From: Candidatus Bipolaricaulia bacterium | GTDB lineage: Bacteria; Bipolaricaulota; Bipolaricaulia; RBG-16-55-9 | NCBI GenBank assembly: GCA_042219045.1 | Contig: JBDGQO010000063.1 | Span: forward strand, 1 to 45,893 | Reading direction: 5' to 3' | Length of the DNA: 45,893 nucleotides | In this document: piece after piece, positions 26,812-36,683 of the stretch | Position numbering within the stretch: the stretch's first letter is position 1 | Layout of the letters: every line of letters begins with the position of its first letter | The notes under the pieces: model-generated | The model's input: the letters and a program-made list of their open reading frames with translations, nothing else | Told to the model about the DNA's origin: nothing | Databases searched by the model: none | Made by a program: the position numbers and the translations under genes

Positions 26812-27176
26812 GAATGCGTTATCCAGTGTTGAGCTGACGGTCGCCGGGTTGATCACGCCATTCCCGGCCACGTCCGGCTGCTGGAGACTCGCGATCGTCG
26901 AATTTTACTCATATGCAGGGCACAGCCACCACGTGCCAACCGCTCTGGCCGTCAGCGTCGTCGACGGGCGTCCTAGCGTTGAACAGGAGAACGGGGCCAG
27001 GTTCGCCGCGATCCCCTCTCACCAAGGCGGTGAGCCTGGCCCAACTCTCCCCGCTCACGTACTGTAACACACATTCGACCCGGAGTCCGCGAGCTGTCAA
27101 TACCGAGAATCACGGCCAAAAACACTCGCTTCCTTCCGTTAAAATGAATCGACGGGGCGATAGGAAGTATTTGGTG

Positions 27177-27401
27177 TCACAGTTTGGCGTCTTGGCTTGT
27201 CTGGCGCACCTCCATCACCCAAACGGCGATCCCCATCGATACCGCCGCCACGACCGCACAGCCGATCATCACCCAGCGGAACGCGATCCCTTGGATGAGG
27301 AAGAGCGAGCGCAGGCCGAACGCGGCGAGTGGGCCGACGGCGACGCCGGCCGTAATCCCCGCCAACACGGCCTTCACGGCACGTCGAATCGCTTGTTTCA
27401 T
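27177..27401 (-). CDS. Small membrane protein (74 aa)
   Basis: Two hydrophobic helices; GGAGA RBS; same strand as the upstream gene run. Confidence 0.55.
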   Translation of the reverse strand: MKQAIRRAVKAVLAGITAGVAVGPLAAFGLRSLFLIQGIAFRWVMIGCAVVAAVSMGIAVWVMEVRQTSQDAKL

Positions 27402-27458
27402 GCAGCATTCTCCAAGGATCGGCCGTTGATCGGGGACCGATCGGGGATTGATTGGCGC

Positions 27459-27812
27459 TCAGTCGGTTGCCGACGACGCATGCTCGCCCCCGCTTGGCCC
27501 GTAGAGCAGCACCCACGTGCACAGCCGCTCCCCGAAGTTTTCGAAACGATGGGGCATGCCGACCGGCACGAACAGGAAATCGCCCGGCGCCACCGAGACC
27601 CGCTCGCCGCCGCATGCGAACTCGCCCGAGCCCTCCACGACGACGTAGCACTCGTCGCGATCGTGCGGCTGCTGGCGATCGCGGCCCTCCGGGCAGTAGA
27701 GCTCCACGTAGAGCTGGCCCCGTTCTTGTGCCACCACGAACGGATTCGTCGTGCCCGTGGGCACCTGTCCCATGGCGTCCTCAAACGGGACGTGCCGCCA
27801 ATCCGTCGCCAT
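27459..27812 (-). CDS. Cupin-domain protein
   Basis: QQPHDRDECYVVVEGSG and PGDFLFVPVGMPHRF; start MATDW 2 nt after the GNAT stop. Confidence 0.88.
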   Translation of the reverse strand: MATDWRHVPFEDAMGQVPTGTTNPFVVAQERGQLYVELYCPEGRDRQQPHDRDECYVVVEGSGEFACGGERVSVAPGDFLFVPVGMPHRFENFGERLCTWVLLYGPSGGEHASSATD

Positions 27813-27814
27813 GA

Positions 27815-28687
27815 TTAGACTCCTTTCTTCATGAACGTCCACTCGTGGGCGATCCAGAACCCGAGCTGCTCCGTCAACCGGTGCACAGCTCGGTTGCTCT
27901 GGGTCGTGTAGAGCGAGGCATGGTCCATCCCCTGGGAGCGAACGAAGTTGAGCGACGCGGCCGTGAGGGCTCGACCCAGCCCCTGGCGGCCGTGGCCAGG
28001 GATGACCGCAGCCGGGCCGAGGTAGCCGCGGTTGGCCCCGAAGAACTCGTTGTGCGCTTGATCGGGGCGGGCGACAACGCCGGCTACCAGTCGCTCGCCG
28101 TCGTCCACGACGTGCACCCACGCCTCGGTCCAGTCCCGATAGGACCGCCAGCGCTCGACTTCCGCCAAGCTCAGTCGCTCGGCATCATAGGCCGTGTTGA
28201 CCATCTCGACGAAGTCGGCTTCCTCATTGGGCTCAAGCTGACGAAGGCGACAACCGTCCGGTAAGGACGGGATGGAGCGTTCGCTTTGGAGATCGGTCAC
28301 CAGTTGGATCAGACCGCCCTCGGCCGCGTAGCCGAGAGACTCGAGGAAAGCCATCTGCTCGGGCCGAGTCGCGGCCACGGCAACGACGGCTTCGCCCCCA
28401 GTGGCGTCGACTTCAACGCGGCCCAATAGCTCAGTTTGGACTTGCTCCCCGTCCACGTCCGGGGCGGTGATCGGAACGATTTCGTCGCCATACCATCGGG
28501 GATAGTAGATTGCCGCCCCGATTAGGCGCTCGCGCTCGGTCGCGAGCCAGATGGATCCGGCTTGGTCCAGCTCGGTCTTGAGCTGAGTCTCGGTGCGCGG
28601 GATGAACTCGTGATCGTTGGCGCGAGCTGCGTTGTACAGCTCAAGCAGCGAGCTCAAATCGTGGGGTCGATAGCGTCGCAGTTCCAT
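27815..28687 (-). CDS. Tandem GNAT acetyltransferase
   Basis: PGHGRQGLGRAL acetyl-CoA loop, N.AV....LGF, and a degenerate N-terminal GNAT (FLESLGY). Confidence 0.85.
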   Translation of the reverse strand: MELRRYRPHDLSSLLELYNAARANDHEFIPRTETQLKTELDQAGSIWLATERERLIGAAIYYPRWYGDEIVPITAPDVDGEQVQTELLGRVEVDATGGEAVVAVAATRPEQMAFLESLGYAAEGGLIQLVTDLQSERSIPSLPDGCRLRQLEPNEEADFVEMVNTAYDAERLSLAEVERWRSYRDWTEAWVHVVDDGERLVAGVVARPDQAHNEFFGANRGYLGPAAVIPGHGRQGLGRALTAASLNFVRSQGMDHASLYTTQSNRAVHRLTEQLGFWIAHEWTFMKKGV

Positions 28688-28697
28688 GTCGACTCCA

Positions 28698-29510
28698 TTA
28701 TTGGGGGATGGCCAGTGCGGCAATCAAGGTCAGCACGCCCAACCCGACCGCAACGGCCCAGAAGGGCAACCTCCGGGCGACCTGGATGAGGCCCGCGATT
28801 GTCGCCCAGCCGACGAGCGCCGCGGCGCCCGTGCCCGCCACGGCCGCGGACCAGTCCAGCTCGACGAAGCCGCTCAGTTCGACCAGAACTTGGGCGCCCA
28901 AGATCGCCGGGATGCTCATGAGAAAGCTCAGTCGCAACGCCTCCGTTTCCTCGAATTGGCGGAAGAGCAGAGCGGCTACCGTGAATCCCGACCGGCTGAC
29001 CCCAGGCAGCACGGCGAGTCCCTGCATCAACCCCGTGAGGATGGCATCGCCGGTGCCGGCGTCGGTCGAGACGCGGGTGCCGAGCGACCGGGCGACGCGT
29101 TGCAGGATCCCCGTGAGCATTAAGAGCCCGCCGATGAGCGCGGTCGCGGCACGCATCACGAAATCGGCTTGGAAGCTGACCGCCAACAGCGGCAGGCCGA
29201 GCACCCCCGTTGCGGCCGTGGCGATCGCCAGAAAGTCCATCAGGCGTCGATCGCCATCGGTCATTTGCGGCCGTCGGGCGATCCAGCTCGGCAGTCGGCG
29301 CACGATGCGAACGACGTCCGAGCGGAAGTAGACGACGGCGGCAATAACGGTGCCGAGATGGAGCCAGAGGGCCGTGCCCAGCGACGTGGCGAAGGTTTTT
29401 CCGAAGACGTGCAGCTGGACGAGCGTCAACAGCCCCTCGCTGCTGACGGGGAGCCACTCGGCGATCCCTTGGATGGCTCCGAGGATGAGCATCTGCAGCG
29501 TCTGGTCCAT
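28698..29510 (-). CDS. uppP: Undecaprenyl-diphosphate phosphatase (BacA)
   Basis: QGIAEWLPVSS, HLGT, PGVSRSG, SFLMSIP. Confidence 0.92.
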   Translation of the reverse strand: MDQTLQMLILGAIQGIAEWLPVSSEGLLTLVQLHVFGKTFATSLGTALWLHLGTVIAAVVYFRSDVVRIVRRLPSWIARRPQMTDGDRRLMDFLAIATAATGVLGLPLLAVSFQADFVMRAATALIGGLLMLTGILQRVARSLGTRVSTDAGTGDAILTGLMQGLAVLPGVSRSGFTVAALLFRQFEETEALRLSFLMSIPAILGAQVLVELSGFVELDWSAAVAGTGAAALVGWATIAGLIQVARRLPFWAVAVGLGVLTLIAALAIPQ

Positions 29511-29530
29511 GGACGCTCAGGATAGGAGGC

Positions 29531-30130
29531 TCAAAAGCGGAACGCCAAGCCGAGCACCCACGTGCCGTCCTGCCAGCCCAACGCGAGGATCGTTGGAAGG
29601 CGACCGGGGTTGTCCAGTTCCACGCCGACGGCGGCATCGTGGGAGAGCGCGAGTCCGTTCGCAAGGCGGAACCCCAGACGATAGCGGCCGTAGGGCGTGA
29701 GCGTGCCGAACGACTGGCTGGCGTAGAGGCCGATCGTGCCCATGCTCGTGCCGCCGAACGGGATCGTCGGCGGCGTGTAGCCGAGCGCGAGATCCGGCGT
29801 GCGGTTCAGTTGGTAGCGCAGGTCGCCCGTCACCCCGAGCCAGGAGACGCTCGCCAGGTTGCGCTCGACCCAGACGCCGGTGCCGAGGCCGACGTCCAAC
29901 CGCGGGGCGATCCCGACCCGGACGTGGACCTGCGGGCGATACGCCACGATCAGCCCAGGGCCGAGCTGGCCGCCCAGGCCTACGCGGGCGACGACCTCGC
30001 CGGGGTTGGCAAGATCAGCGGTTTCGTAGCCGCCGAAGGCGCCAGCCGTCGGGGCCGTCAAGAAGAGGGCGATGGTCGAGCTGACGAGACCAACGACCAG
30101 GCGTCGTAAGCTCACGTCGATGCCTCCCAT
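29531..30130 (-). CDS. Putative small outer-membrane beta-barrel protein
   Basis: Signal peptide, alternating amphipathic strands, C-terminal LGLAFRF. Confidence 0.55.
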   Translation of the reverse strand: MGGIDVSLRRLVVGLVSSTIALFLTAPTAGAFGGYETADLANPGEVVARVGLGGQLGPGLIVAYRPQVHVRVGIAPRLDVGLGTGVWVERNLASVSWLGVTGDLRYQLNRTPDLALGYTPPTIPFGGTSMGTIGLYASQSFGTLTPYGRYRLGFRLANGLALSHDAAVGVELDNPGRLPTILALGWQDGTWVLGLAFRF

Positions 30131-30228
30131 GTTCGTGTTAGGCTGTTAGATAGACGACCTCAGCATAGCATACCCGCGGGCGGTTGAGGAATGGGAAACG
30201 CGAGAACTCGCTAATGAACGGACATTCC

Positions 30229-30257
30229 TTGACAGCCTGAAAACGGCTTTCTATAAT
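30229..30257 (+). promoter_or_regulatory. Consensus sigma70 promoter of clpC-radA-disA
   Basis: TTGACA-17 nt-TATAAT. Confidence 0.85.
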
Positions 30258-30306
30258 TTGATCAACGTCCGCGGCCCAAACGGAAAGATCGGAGGGCGGT
30301 CCGACC

Positions 30307-32820
30307 ATGAATGAAATGTACGATCTGTTTTCGCGCGAGGCCCGACAGGTCATCGGCTATGCCACCAAGGAAGCCGAGAACTGGCACCACGACTACGTCG
30401 GCACCGAGCACCTCCTGCTGGCGTTCACCAAGCTGCGCGGCAGCAGCGTCTACAAGTTCTTAGAAATCAACGGCGTCACGTATCCACGGGTCGCCCGAGA
30501 GATCGAACGAGAGATTGGCCAAGGCGATCGGCGATTCGCCTCCGGCGAACCGCAGCCGACGCCCCAGCTGAAGCGCATCATCCAGAAAGCCTACGACGAA
30601 GCGCGCCGCTACGGGTATTCGCTGATCAACTCGGAGCATCTGCTGTTGGCGCTGCTGGAGGAAAGCGACAGCGTGGCAACCCAGACGCTCGACAAGTTCA
30701 ACGTCGACGCCCAAAAAGTGCGGCGCTATCTGTCGCCATCGGAGCGTGGTTTGATGGGCAGCCGAGGCAGCGGCGGGGGTCGTCGCGAGGACAAGGAGCA
30801 CACTGCCATGGACTTCGGCCGGAACCTCGTCGAGGAGGCCAAAGAGGAACGCCTCGACCCGGTCATCGGCCGCGAAAAGGAAGTCACCCAGATCATCCAG
30901 ACGCTGAGTCGGCGCAAGAAGAACAACCCGGCGGTGGTGGGTGAACCCGGTGTCGGAAAGACCGCCATCATTGAGGGCCTTGCCCAGCGCATCGCCGAAG
31001 GCGAAGTGCCGGAGCCGCTCATGGACAAGGAGATCATCGAGCTCGACATGGCCTCGATGGTCGCCGGGACCAAATACCGCGGCGAATTCGAACAGCGCCT
31101 CAAGACGATGGTCAACCAGATCGTCGAGGCCGGCAACGTGATCCTGTTCATCGACGAGCTCCACACGGTCGTCGGCGCCGGCGGCGCCGAGGGCGCCATC
31201 GACGCCTCGTCCATCCTGAAGCCGCCCTTAGCGTCCGGATTGATTCAATGCATCGGCACGGCCACGCTCGATGAATATCGGAAATACGTCGAAAAGGACC
31301 CGGCGCTGGAGCGCCGCTTCAAGAAGATCATCATCGACGAGCCGCCCATCGAGTCGACGGTCCAGATCCTGCAGGGGCTCAAGTCCCGCTACGAGGTCCA
31401 CCACCGCGTCAACATCAGCGACAGTGCCCTGTGGGCTTCCGCAAAGCTGAGCGACCGCTACATCACCGATCACTTCCTGCCGGACAAGGCGATCGACCTC
31501 ATCGACGAGACCTCTGCCAAGATCAAGCTGGAAAGCAGCGCGCCCTCGCCCGAGATCCGGGAGATGGAGGACGAGCTGCGCGAGCTGATCGAGCAGGAGG
31601 AAGAGGCCGCCCGCCAGCAGGACTACGAACAGGCGGCCGAGCTGCGCGATCGCCATGAAGACCTTGAGGAACAACTCGAGGAGCGGCGCGAGGAGGTCCG
31701 CGAGCACGAAGGGACCGTCACCTCGGAGAGCGTCGCAGAGATGATCTCCAGCTGGACCGGCGTGCCCGTGGGTCACATCAAGATGGAGGAGACCCAGCGG
31801 GTGCTGTTCATGGAGCAGGAGATCCACAAGCACTACGTCAACCAAGACCACGCCATCGAGTCGCTCGCCAAGTCGATCCGCCGGACGTATGCCGGCGTCA
31901 AGGATCCCGATCGGCCGATCGGCTCGTTCATGTTCCTCGGGCCGACGGGCGTCGGCAAGACGTATCTGTCCAAGGTGCTGGCGCATTACCTCTTCGGCGA
32001 CGAGGAGGCCATGATCCGCCTCGACATGAGCGAGTACATGGAGCGCTTCTCCATCTCGCGCCTGATCGGGGCGCCGCCGGGCTACGTGGGCTACGAGGAG
32101 TCCGGTGAGCTGACCAAGGCCGTGCGCAATCGGCCCTACAGCGTCATCCTCCTCGACGAGATCGAGAAAGCACACCGCGACGTGTTCAACTTGCTGTTGC
32201 AGGTCATGGACGACGGCGTCCTCACCGACGCGCAAGGGCGCAACATCGACTTCCGCAACACCGTGCTCATCATGACCTCCAACATCGGCAGCAAGATGAT
32301 CACGGACCGGACCTCGCTCGGCTTCGGCGGCGGCAGCGGCCCCGACCGCACGCAGCTCAGCTACGAGGAGATCCGCTCCCGCGTCATGAACGAGGTGCGC
32401 GAGGTCTTCCGGCCCGAGTTCCTCAACCGCCTGGACGACACGATCGTCTTCCACCCGCTGGACAAGCGCCAGGTCGAGGCCATTGCCGACCTGATGATCG
32501 ACGAGCTGCAGCAGCGGCTTGACGAGCGCGAGATCGGCATCGAGGTGACGCCGGAGGCGAAGGAAGTGCTCATCGAGGCGGGCTTCGACGCCAAGTTCGG
32601 CGCCCGCCCGCTGCGGCGCACCATCGAGAAGCTCGTGGAGAACCCGATCTCGGACGCGATCCTCCAGGGCGAGTACGGGCGCGGCGACCGCATCGTCATC
32701 TCGACCGACGAGGACGGCGAGATCCGGTTGGACCGGCAACCGGCCGCCGACGCGGACGTCGCGGCCGAATCCGAGACCCCACCGGACTCCGACGAAGAGG
32801 TCGGGGCTGAGGCCTCCTAG
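30307..32820 (+). CDS. clpC: Clp protease ATP-binding subunit ClpC
   Basis: Two Clp-N repeats (EHLLLA), GEPGVGKT, short UVR coil, GPTGVGKT, LGF ClpP-docking loop. Confidence 0.95.
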   Translation: MNEMYDLFSREARQVIGYATKEAENWHHDYVGTEHLLLAFTKLRGSSVYKFLEINGVTYPRVAREIEREIGQGDRRFASGEPQPTPQLKRIIQKAYDEARRYGYSLINSEHLLLALLEESDSVATQTLDKFNVDAQKVRRYLSPSERGLMGSRGSGGGRREDKEHTAMDFGRNLVEEAKEERLDPVIGREKEVTQIIQTLSRRKKNNPAVVGEPGVGKTAIIEGLAQRIAEGEVPEPLMDKEIIELDMASMVAGTKYRGEFEQRLKTMVNQIVEAGNVILFIDELHTVVGAGGAEGAIDASSILKPPLASGLIQCIGTATLDEYRKYVEKDPALERRFKKIIIDEPPIESTVQILQGLKSRYEVHHRVNISDSALWASAKLSDRYITDHFLPDKAIDLIDETSAKIKLESSAPSPEIREMEDELRELIEQEEEAARQQDYEQAAELRDRHEDLEEQLEERREEVREHEGTVTSESVAEMISSWTGVPVGHIKMEETQRVLFMEQEIHKHYVNQDHAIESLAKSIRRTYAGVKDPDRPIGSFMFLGPTGVGKTYLSKVLAHYLFGDEEAMIRLDMSEYMERFSISRLIGAPPGYVGYEESGELTKAVRNRPYSVILLDEIEKAHRDVFNLLLQVMDDGVLTDAQGRNIDFRNTVLIMTSNIGSKMITDRTSLGFGGGSGPDRTQLSYEEIRSRVMNEVREVFRPEFLNRLDDTIVFHPLDKRQVEAIADLMIDELQQRLDEREIGIEVTPEAKEVLIEAGFDAKFGARPLRRTIEKLVENPISDAILQGEYGRGDRIVISTDEDGEIRLDRQPAADADVAAESETPPDSDEEVGAEAS

Positions 32821-32826
32821 CCGACG

Positions 32827-34191
32827 GTGGCGCGGGGCAGCGGCGGCGGCTACAAGTGCCGGGCGTGCGGCTACCAGACGCCCCAATGGCTAGGCCGTTG
32901 TCCCCAATGCGGCGAGTGGGACACCCTCGCCCCGATCGACGACGACGATTCCGGACGAGCGGCTGAGGCGCAGGAACCGCCTGCGACGCCTCAGCCGCTC
33001 GTCGACATTCCGCCCGAATCCGCTGTCCGACGGCCGACGGGCCTGGCCGAGTTCGACCGTGTCCTCGGCGGCGGCGCGCTGGCGGGCTCGACCGTTCTGC
33101 TCGGCGGCGAGCCCGGCATCGGCAAGTCGACGCTGATGCTGCAGGTCGCGGGCGAGATTGCGGCCCATGCCGAGCGGCCCTGGATCTACGTCTCTGGCGA
33201 GGAAGCCCCGGCCCAGATCAAGCTGCGCGCGAGCCGACTGGGCATGGGCAACGTCGAGCAGCTCTGGGTGCTCGGGGAACAACGCGTCGGCGTCGTCGTC
33301 GACGCCGTGCGCGAGGCCAACGCCGGGGGGCTCGTCGTCGACTCCATCCAGACGATCTTTTCCGGCGCCGTCAAAGAAGGCCCTGGAAGTCCCCAACACG
33401 TCGGCGACGTGGCCTTTGAACTGAATCGGCTGGCCAAGGAGCTGCGCATCCCGGTCTTCCTCATCGGCCACGTCACCAAAGAGGGGGAGTTTGCGGGGCC
33501 GAAAGCGATCGAGCATCTCGTGGACGTCGCGCTGTATCTCGAGGGCGGCCGCGACGGCGAGGTACGCATTCTGCGCGCGGTCAAAAACCGCTACGGCTCA
33601 ACCGAGGAGATCGGCGTCTTCGAGATGGCCGAGGTCGGGCTGAGCGAGATCGCCGATCCGTCGCGGTACTTCGCGGAGCGCGTCGGCGAGGTCCAGCCGG
33701 GATCGGTGATCGTGCCCAGCCTGGAGGGGAGCCGGCCCATCTTGGTGGAGATCCAGTCGCTGGTGGCGGGCTCGCGCGCGCCCGTGCCGCAGCGCCGGGC
33801 GACAGGGCTGGATCCCAACCGCGTGGCGTTGCTGTTGGCGGTGGCGGAGAAGCGGCTCGGGCTACAGATCGGCCAGGACGACGTCTATCTCAACATTGCG
33901 GGCGGGCTGAGCGTGCGCGAGACGGCGGTGGACGCGGGCATTGCGGCGGCTGTGGTGTCGAGCTACAAGAACCGCGCCATTGACGCGGACACGGTCGTTA
34001 TCGGAGAATTGGGATTGTCAGGTGAGCTCCGCCGGGTGCGCAAGCTGCGGGCACGCCTCAACGAGGCGGCCAAGCTCGGCTTCCACCGGGCGATCGTGCC
34101 GCCGCGCGCTAACGAAAGCCTCGATGAGCTGGATCTGGACGTGGCGACGGCCACCGGCCTCGACGAGGCCATCGGCCATCTGGGCCTCTAG
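32827..34191 (+). CDS. radA: DNA repair protein RadA/Sms
   Basis: C4 zinc finger, GGEPGIGKST, VVDSIQT, KNRYG, Lon-like C-terminus. Confidence 0.96.
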   Translation: MARGSGGGYKCRACGYQTPQWLGRCPQCGEWDTLAPIDDDDSGRAAEAQEPPATPQPLVDIPPESAVRRPTGLAEFDRVLGGGALAGSTVLLGGEPGIGKSTLMLQVAGEIAAHAERPWIYVSGEEAPAQIKLRASRLGMGNVEQLWVLGEQRVGVVVDAVREANAGGLVVDSIQTIFSGAVKEGPGSPQHVGDVAFELNRLAKELRIPVFLIGHVTKEGEFAGPKAIEHLVDVALYLEGGRDGEVRILRAVKNRYGSTEEIGVFEMAEVGLSEIADPSRYFAERVGEVQPGSVIVPSLEGSRPILVEIQSLVAGSRAPVPQRRATGLDPNRVALLLAVAEKRLGLQIGQDDVYLNIAGGLSVRETAVDAGIAAAVVSSYKNRAIDADTVVIGELGLSGELRRVRKLRARLNEAAKLGFHRAIVPPRANESLDELDLDVATATGLDEAIGHLGL

Positions 34192-34213
34192 CTGAGGTTC
34201 TCACTGCGGAGGG

Positions 34214-35272
34214 ATGCCGGTGAGCGACACGAGCTTGATCGACATTCTGCGGGCAACGGCGCCGGGGACGCTGTTGCGCGACGCGATCGACAACATCGTC
34301 GACCTCGGGCGCGGCGGGCTGTTGCTCGTCGCCAGCGAGGCGGACGCGGAACAGATCGTGGAAACGGGCTTCGAGATCCGCACCCGGATCACCCCGCAGC
34401 GCGTCATCGAGCTCTCCAAGATGGACCGAGCCATCGTCATCGACGACAAGATCCAGACGATTTTGTATGCCAACGCCTATCTCATGCCCGATCCGAAGGT
34501 TTCTTCCGACGAGACGGGCACGCGCCACATGACCGCCGAAAAGGTCGCCAAGCAGATCGGCGTCACCACCATTGCCGTCTCCGCGAGTCGCGGCCGGGTG
34601 ACGATCTACTGCGGCCCGCACCGCCATACATTGCGCGACATCATTTCCCTGAACGCCCAAGCCAACCAGGCGCTGCGCATCCTGGAGCAGTACCGTGACA
34701 CGTTCGACGACCTCTCGCGGGAAATGACCGCGCTGGAGCTCGAGGACCGCGTGCTGCCCTATCACGTCGCCAACCTCGTCCAGACGATCATCCAGATGCT
34801 TACCATCCGCGAGGAGATCGAGAGCATTTTCGTCGAGCTCGGCGAAGAAAAGGAACTGATGGAGCTGCAGCTCGATTGGCTCATGCAGGACACCGAGGAC
34901 GAGCTCAAACACCTCGTCTGGGACATGCGCGCGGACGATCTGAGGCGTGACGACGCCGTGGAAGCGGTCCGCGAGCTGACCCACGCGGAGTTGCCCTCCA
35001 CGGAGAAGGTCATGGAGGCGCTCGGCTACGAGGCACGCGAGGAGGAGATGGATGAGACCATCGCCTCGCGCGGGTACCGCGTGCTCAACCAGATTCCGCG
35101 CATCCCGTTGTCGGTTATTGAGCGGCTCGTGGAGACTTACGGATCGTTGAAAGAGATTCGCCGCGAATCCGAGGAGGACCTCATGGAGGTCAAGGGCATC
35201 GGCCGCGTCCGTGCCCGCACGCTCCGCCTCGGCATCCAACGCCTGGAACGCAGCCTAATGTATTGGGAGTGA
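34214..35272 (+). CDS. disA: DisA-family protein (DAC domain, linker, HhH) with altered catalytic motifs
   Basis: APGT.LR, ELSKMDRAI, ETGTRHMTAE, SRGYRVL..IPRIP, VKGIG; follows radA. Confidence 0.92.
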   Translation: MPVSDTSLIDILRATAPGTLLRDAIDNIVDLGRGGLLLVASEADAEQIVETGFEIRTRITPQRVIELSKMDRAIVIDDKIQTILYANAYLMPDPKVSSDETGTRHMTAEKVAKQIGVTTIAVSASRGRVTIYCGPHRHTLRDIISLNAQANQALRILEQYRDTFDDLSREMTALELEDRVLPYHVANLVQTIIQMLTIREEIESIFVELGEEKELMELQLDWLMQDTEDELKHLVWDMRADDLRRDDAVEAVRELTHAELPSTEKVMEALGYEAREEEMDETIASRGYRVLNQIPRIPLSVIERLVETYGSLKEIRRESEEDLMEVKGIGRVRARTLRLGIQRLERSLMYWE

Positions 35273-35278
35273 GACGGA

Positions 35279-36100
35279 ATGGCGCACATCGACGCGCTCA
35301 AGGAAGCGTCCCATCGCCTCAGGAGTCTCCTGCCCCATGACCCCCAAATCGGGCTCGTCATGGGCTCAGGGCTCTCCGACGCCCTGCGGCCACTGGAGGA
35401 CGAGACGGTGGTTTCCTGGGACGACGTGCCCTACTTCCCCGAACCGACCGTGGCGGGCCACGCGGGCCGCTACGTCGCGGGCACGTTGAGCAACAACCCC
35501 GTGCTCGTCCAACAAGGTCGGGTCCACTATTATGAGGGCAAGCCGATGGACGAGGTCGTCTTCCCCACTCGGCTGATGAAGATGATCGGCGTCGAGACGC
35601 TCGTTATTACCAATGCCGCCGGGGCCATCAACGAGAATTATCGTCCCGGAGACTTCGTCCTCATCAAGGATCATCTGAACGCCATACCGGCCAACCCGCT
35701 GCGAGGGCCGAACGTCGACGAGCTCGGCGAGAGGTTTCCGAACATGAACGACGCCTACAGCCCCGAGCTGCGACGCCTCGCTCATGAAGCGGCCGACGAG
35801 TCGGGCCTGTCGCTGCACGAGGGCGTCTATCTTGCCGCGCCCGGGCCGATGTACGAGACGCCGGCGGAGATCCAGATGTATGGGAGCTGGGGAGCCGACC
35901 TCGTCGGCATGTCGACGGTGCCGGAAGTGATCGCCGCGCGGCACTGCGGTCTGGAGGTCCTGGGGATCTCGCTGGCGACGAACTACGCGGCCGGGGTCAA
36001 CGAGGAAGCTCGGCCGACGCACGACGAGGTCATCGAAACGTCCCAGCGGGCGGAAGCCGACCTGGCGACGCTGGTGCGAACGCTATTGGCCAAGTTCTAA
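35279..36100 (+). CDS. punA: Purine-nucleoside phosphorylase (trimeric type)
   Basis: GSGL, GHAG, GRVHYYEG, TNAAG, GPMYETPAE, VGMSTVPE, TNYAAG. Confidence 0.93.
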   Translation: MAHIDALKEASHRLRSLLPHDPQIGLVMGSGLSDALRPLEDETVVSWDDVPYFPEPTVAGHAGRYVAGTLSNNPVLVQQGRVHYYEGKPMDEVVFPTRLMKMIGVETLVITNAAGAINENYRPGDFVLIKDHLNAIPANPLRGPNVDELGERFPNMNDAYSPELRRLAHEAADESGLSLHEGVYLAAPGPMYETPAEIQMYGSWGADLVGMSTVPEVIAARHCGLEVLGISLATNYAAGVNEEARPTHDEVIETSQRAEADLATLVRTLLAKF

Positions 36101-36558
36101 GGGGTCTTCAAGGCGCTCTCATGCTTGACGATCCGCTCCCACTCCTCATAGAACGCGGGATAGAACCGCCCCGCGCTGTGCGCGACGGTTTCGCGATCGG
36201 CGTCGAGCGCCCGCGCCTCCACGGTGATGAGGCGATCATGGTCGGCCACCTCCGCTTCCAGTGATAGCGGTTCACCGGGTCGGGCCGGCTTGAGGTACTT
36301 CGTGCGCAGATCGCGGGTGACGCAGAACGCGTCGGCCGCCCACGAGGCGGCCCAGACAGAGACCTCATCCAAGAGGCTCGTCAGCACGCCGCCGTGGATC
36401 GTGCCCGGGAATCCCGCTTGATGTTCGCCTGGCGTGAACGTCGCCGTGACGACGCCGTCGTGGAGATAGCACTGCAAATCGAGCGACTTCGGGTTGACCT
36501 CGGGGTCCCCGCAGACCGTGCAGCCCTCGAAGCGCGGCAGTGCAATCGGCTGAGCCAT
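36097..36558 (-). CDS. PaaI-family (hotdog) thioesterase
   Basis: CTVCG..N..SL, GFPGTIHGGVLTSLLDE, YLKPARPG. Confidence 0.88.
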   Translation of the reverse strand: MAQPIALPRFEGCTVCGDPEVNPKSLDLQCYLHDGVVTATFTPGEHQAGFPGTIHGGVLTSLLDEVSVWAASWAADAFCVTRDLRTKYLKPARPGEPLSLEAEVADHDRLITVEARALDADRETVAHSAGRFYPAFYEEWERIVKHESALKTP

Positions 36559-36683
36559 GGCGTCGACCATTGTAGCACGCCGTCCGAGAGCTTCCGGAAA
36601 CCGACCGTGAACCCATCGACGGCACGCGGCATTCACTTTGGTAGGGGCCGTTTTGGGCACGGTAACGGCGGTCCGTCCGTGGC

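Noticed and set aside
26833..26956. c-di-AMP (ydaO) riboswitch suggested by CCGTCAGCT on the minus strand
   Set aside because: Other conserved ydaO elements are absent and no gene lies downstream on that strand.
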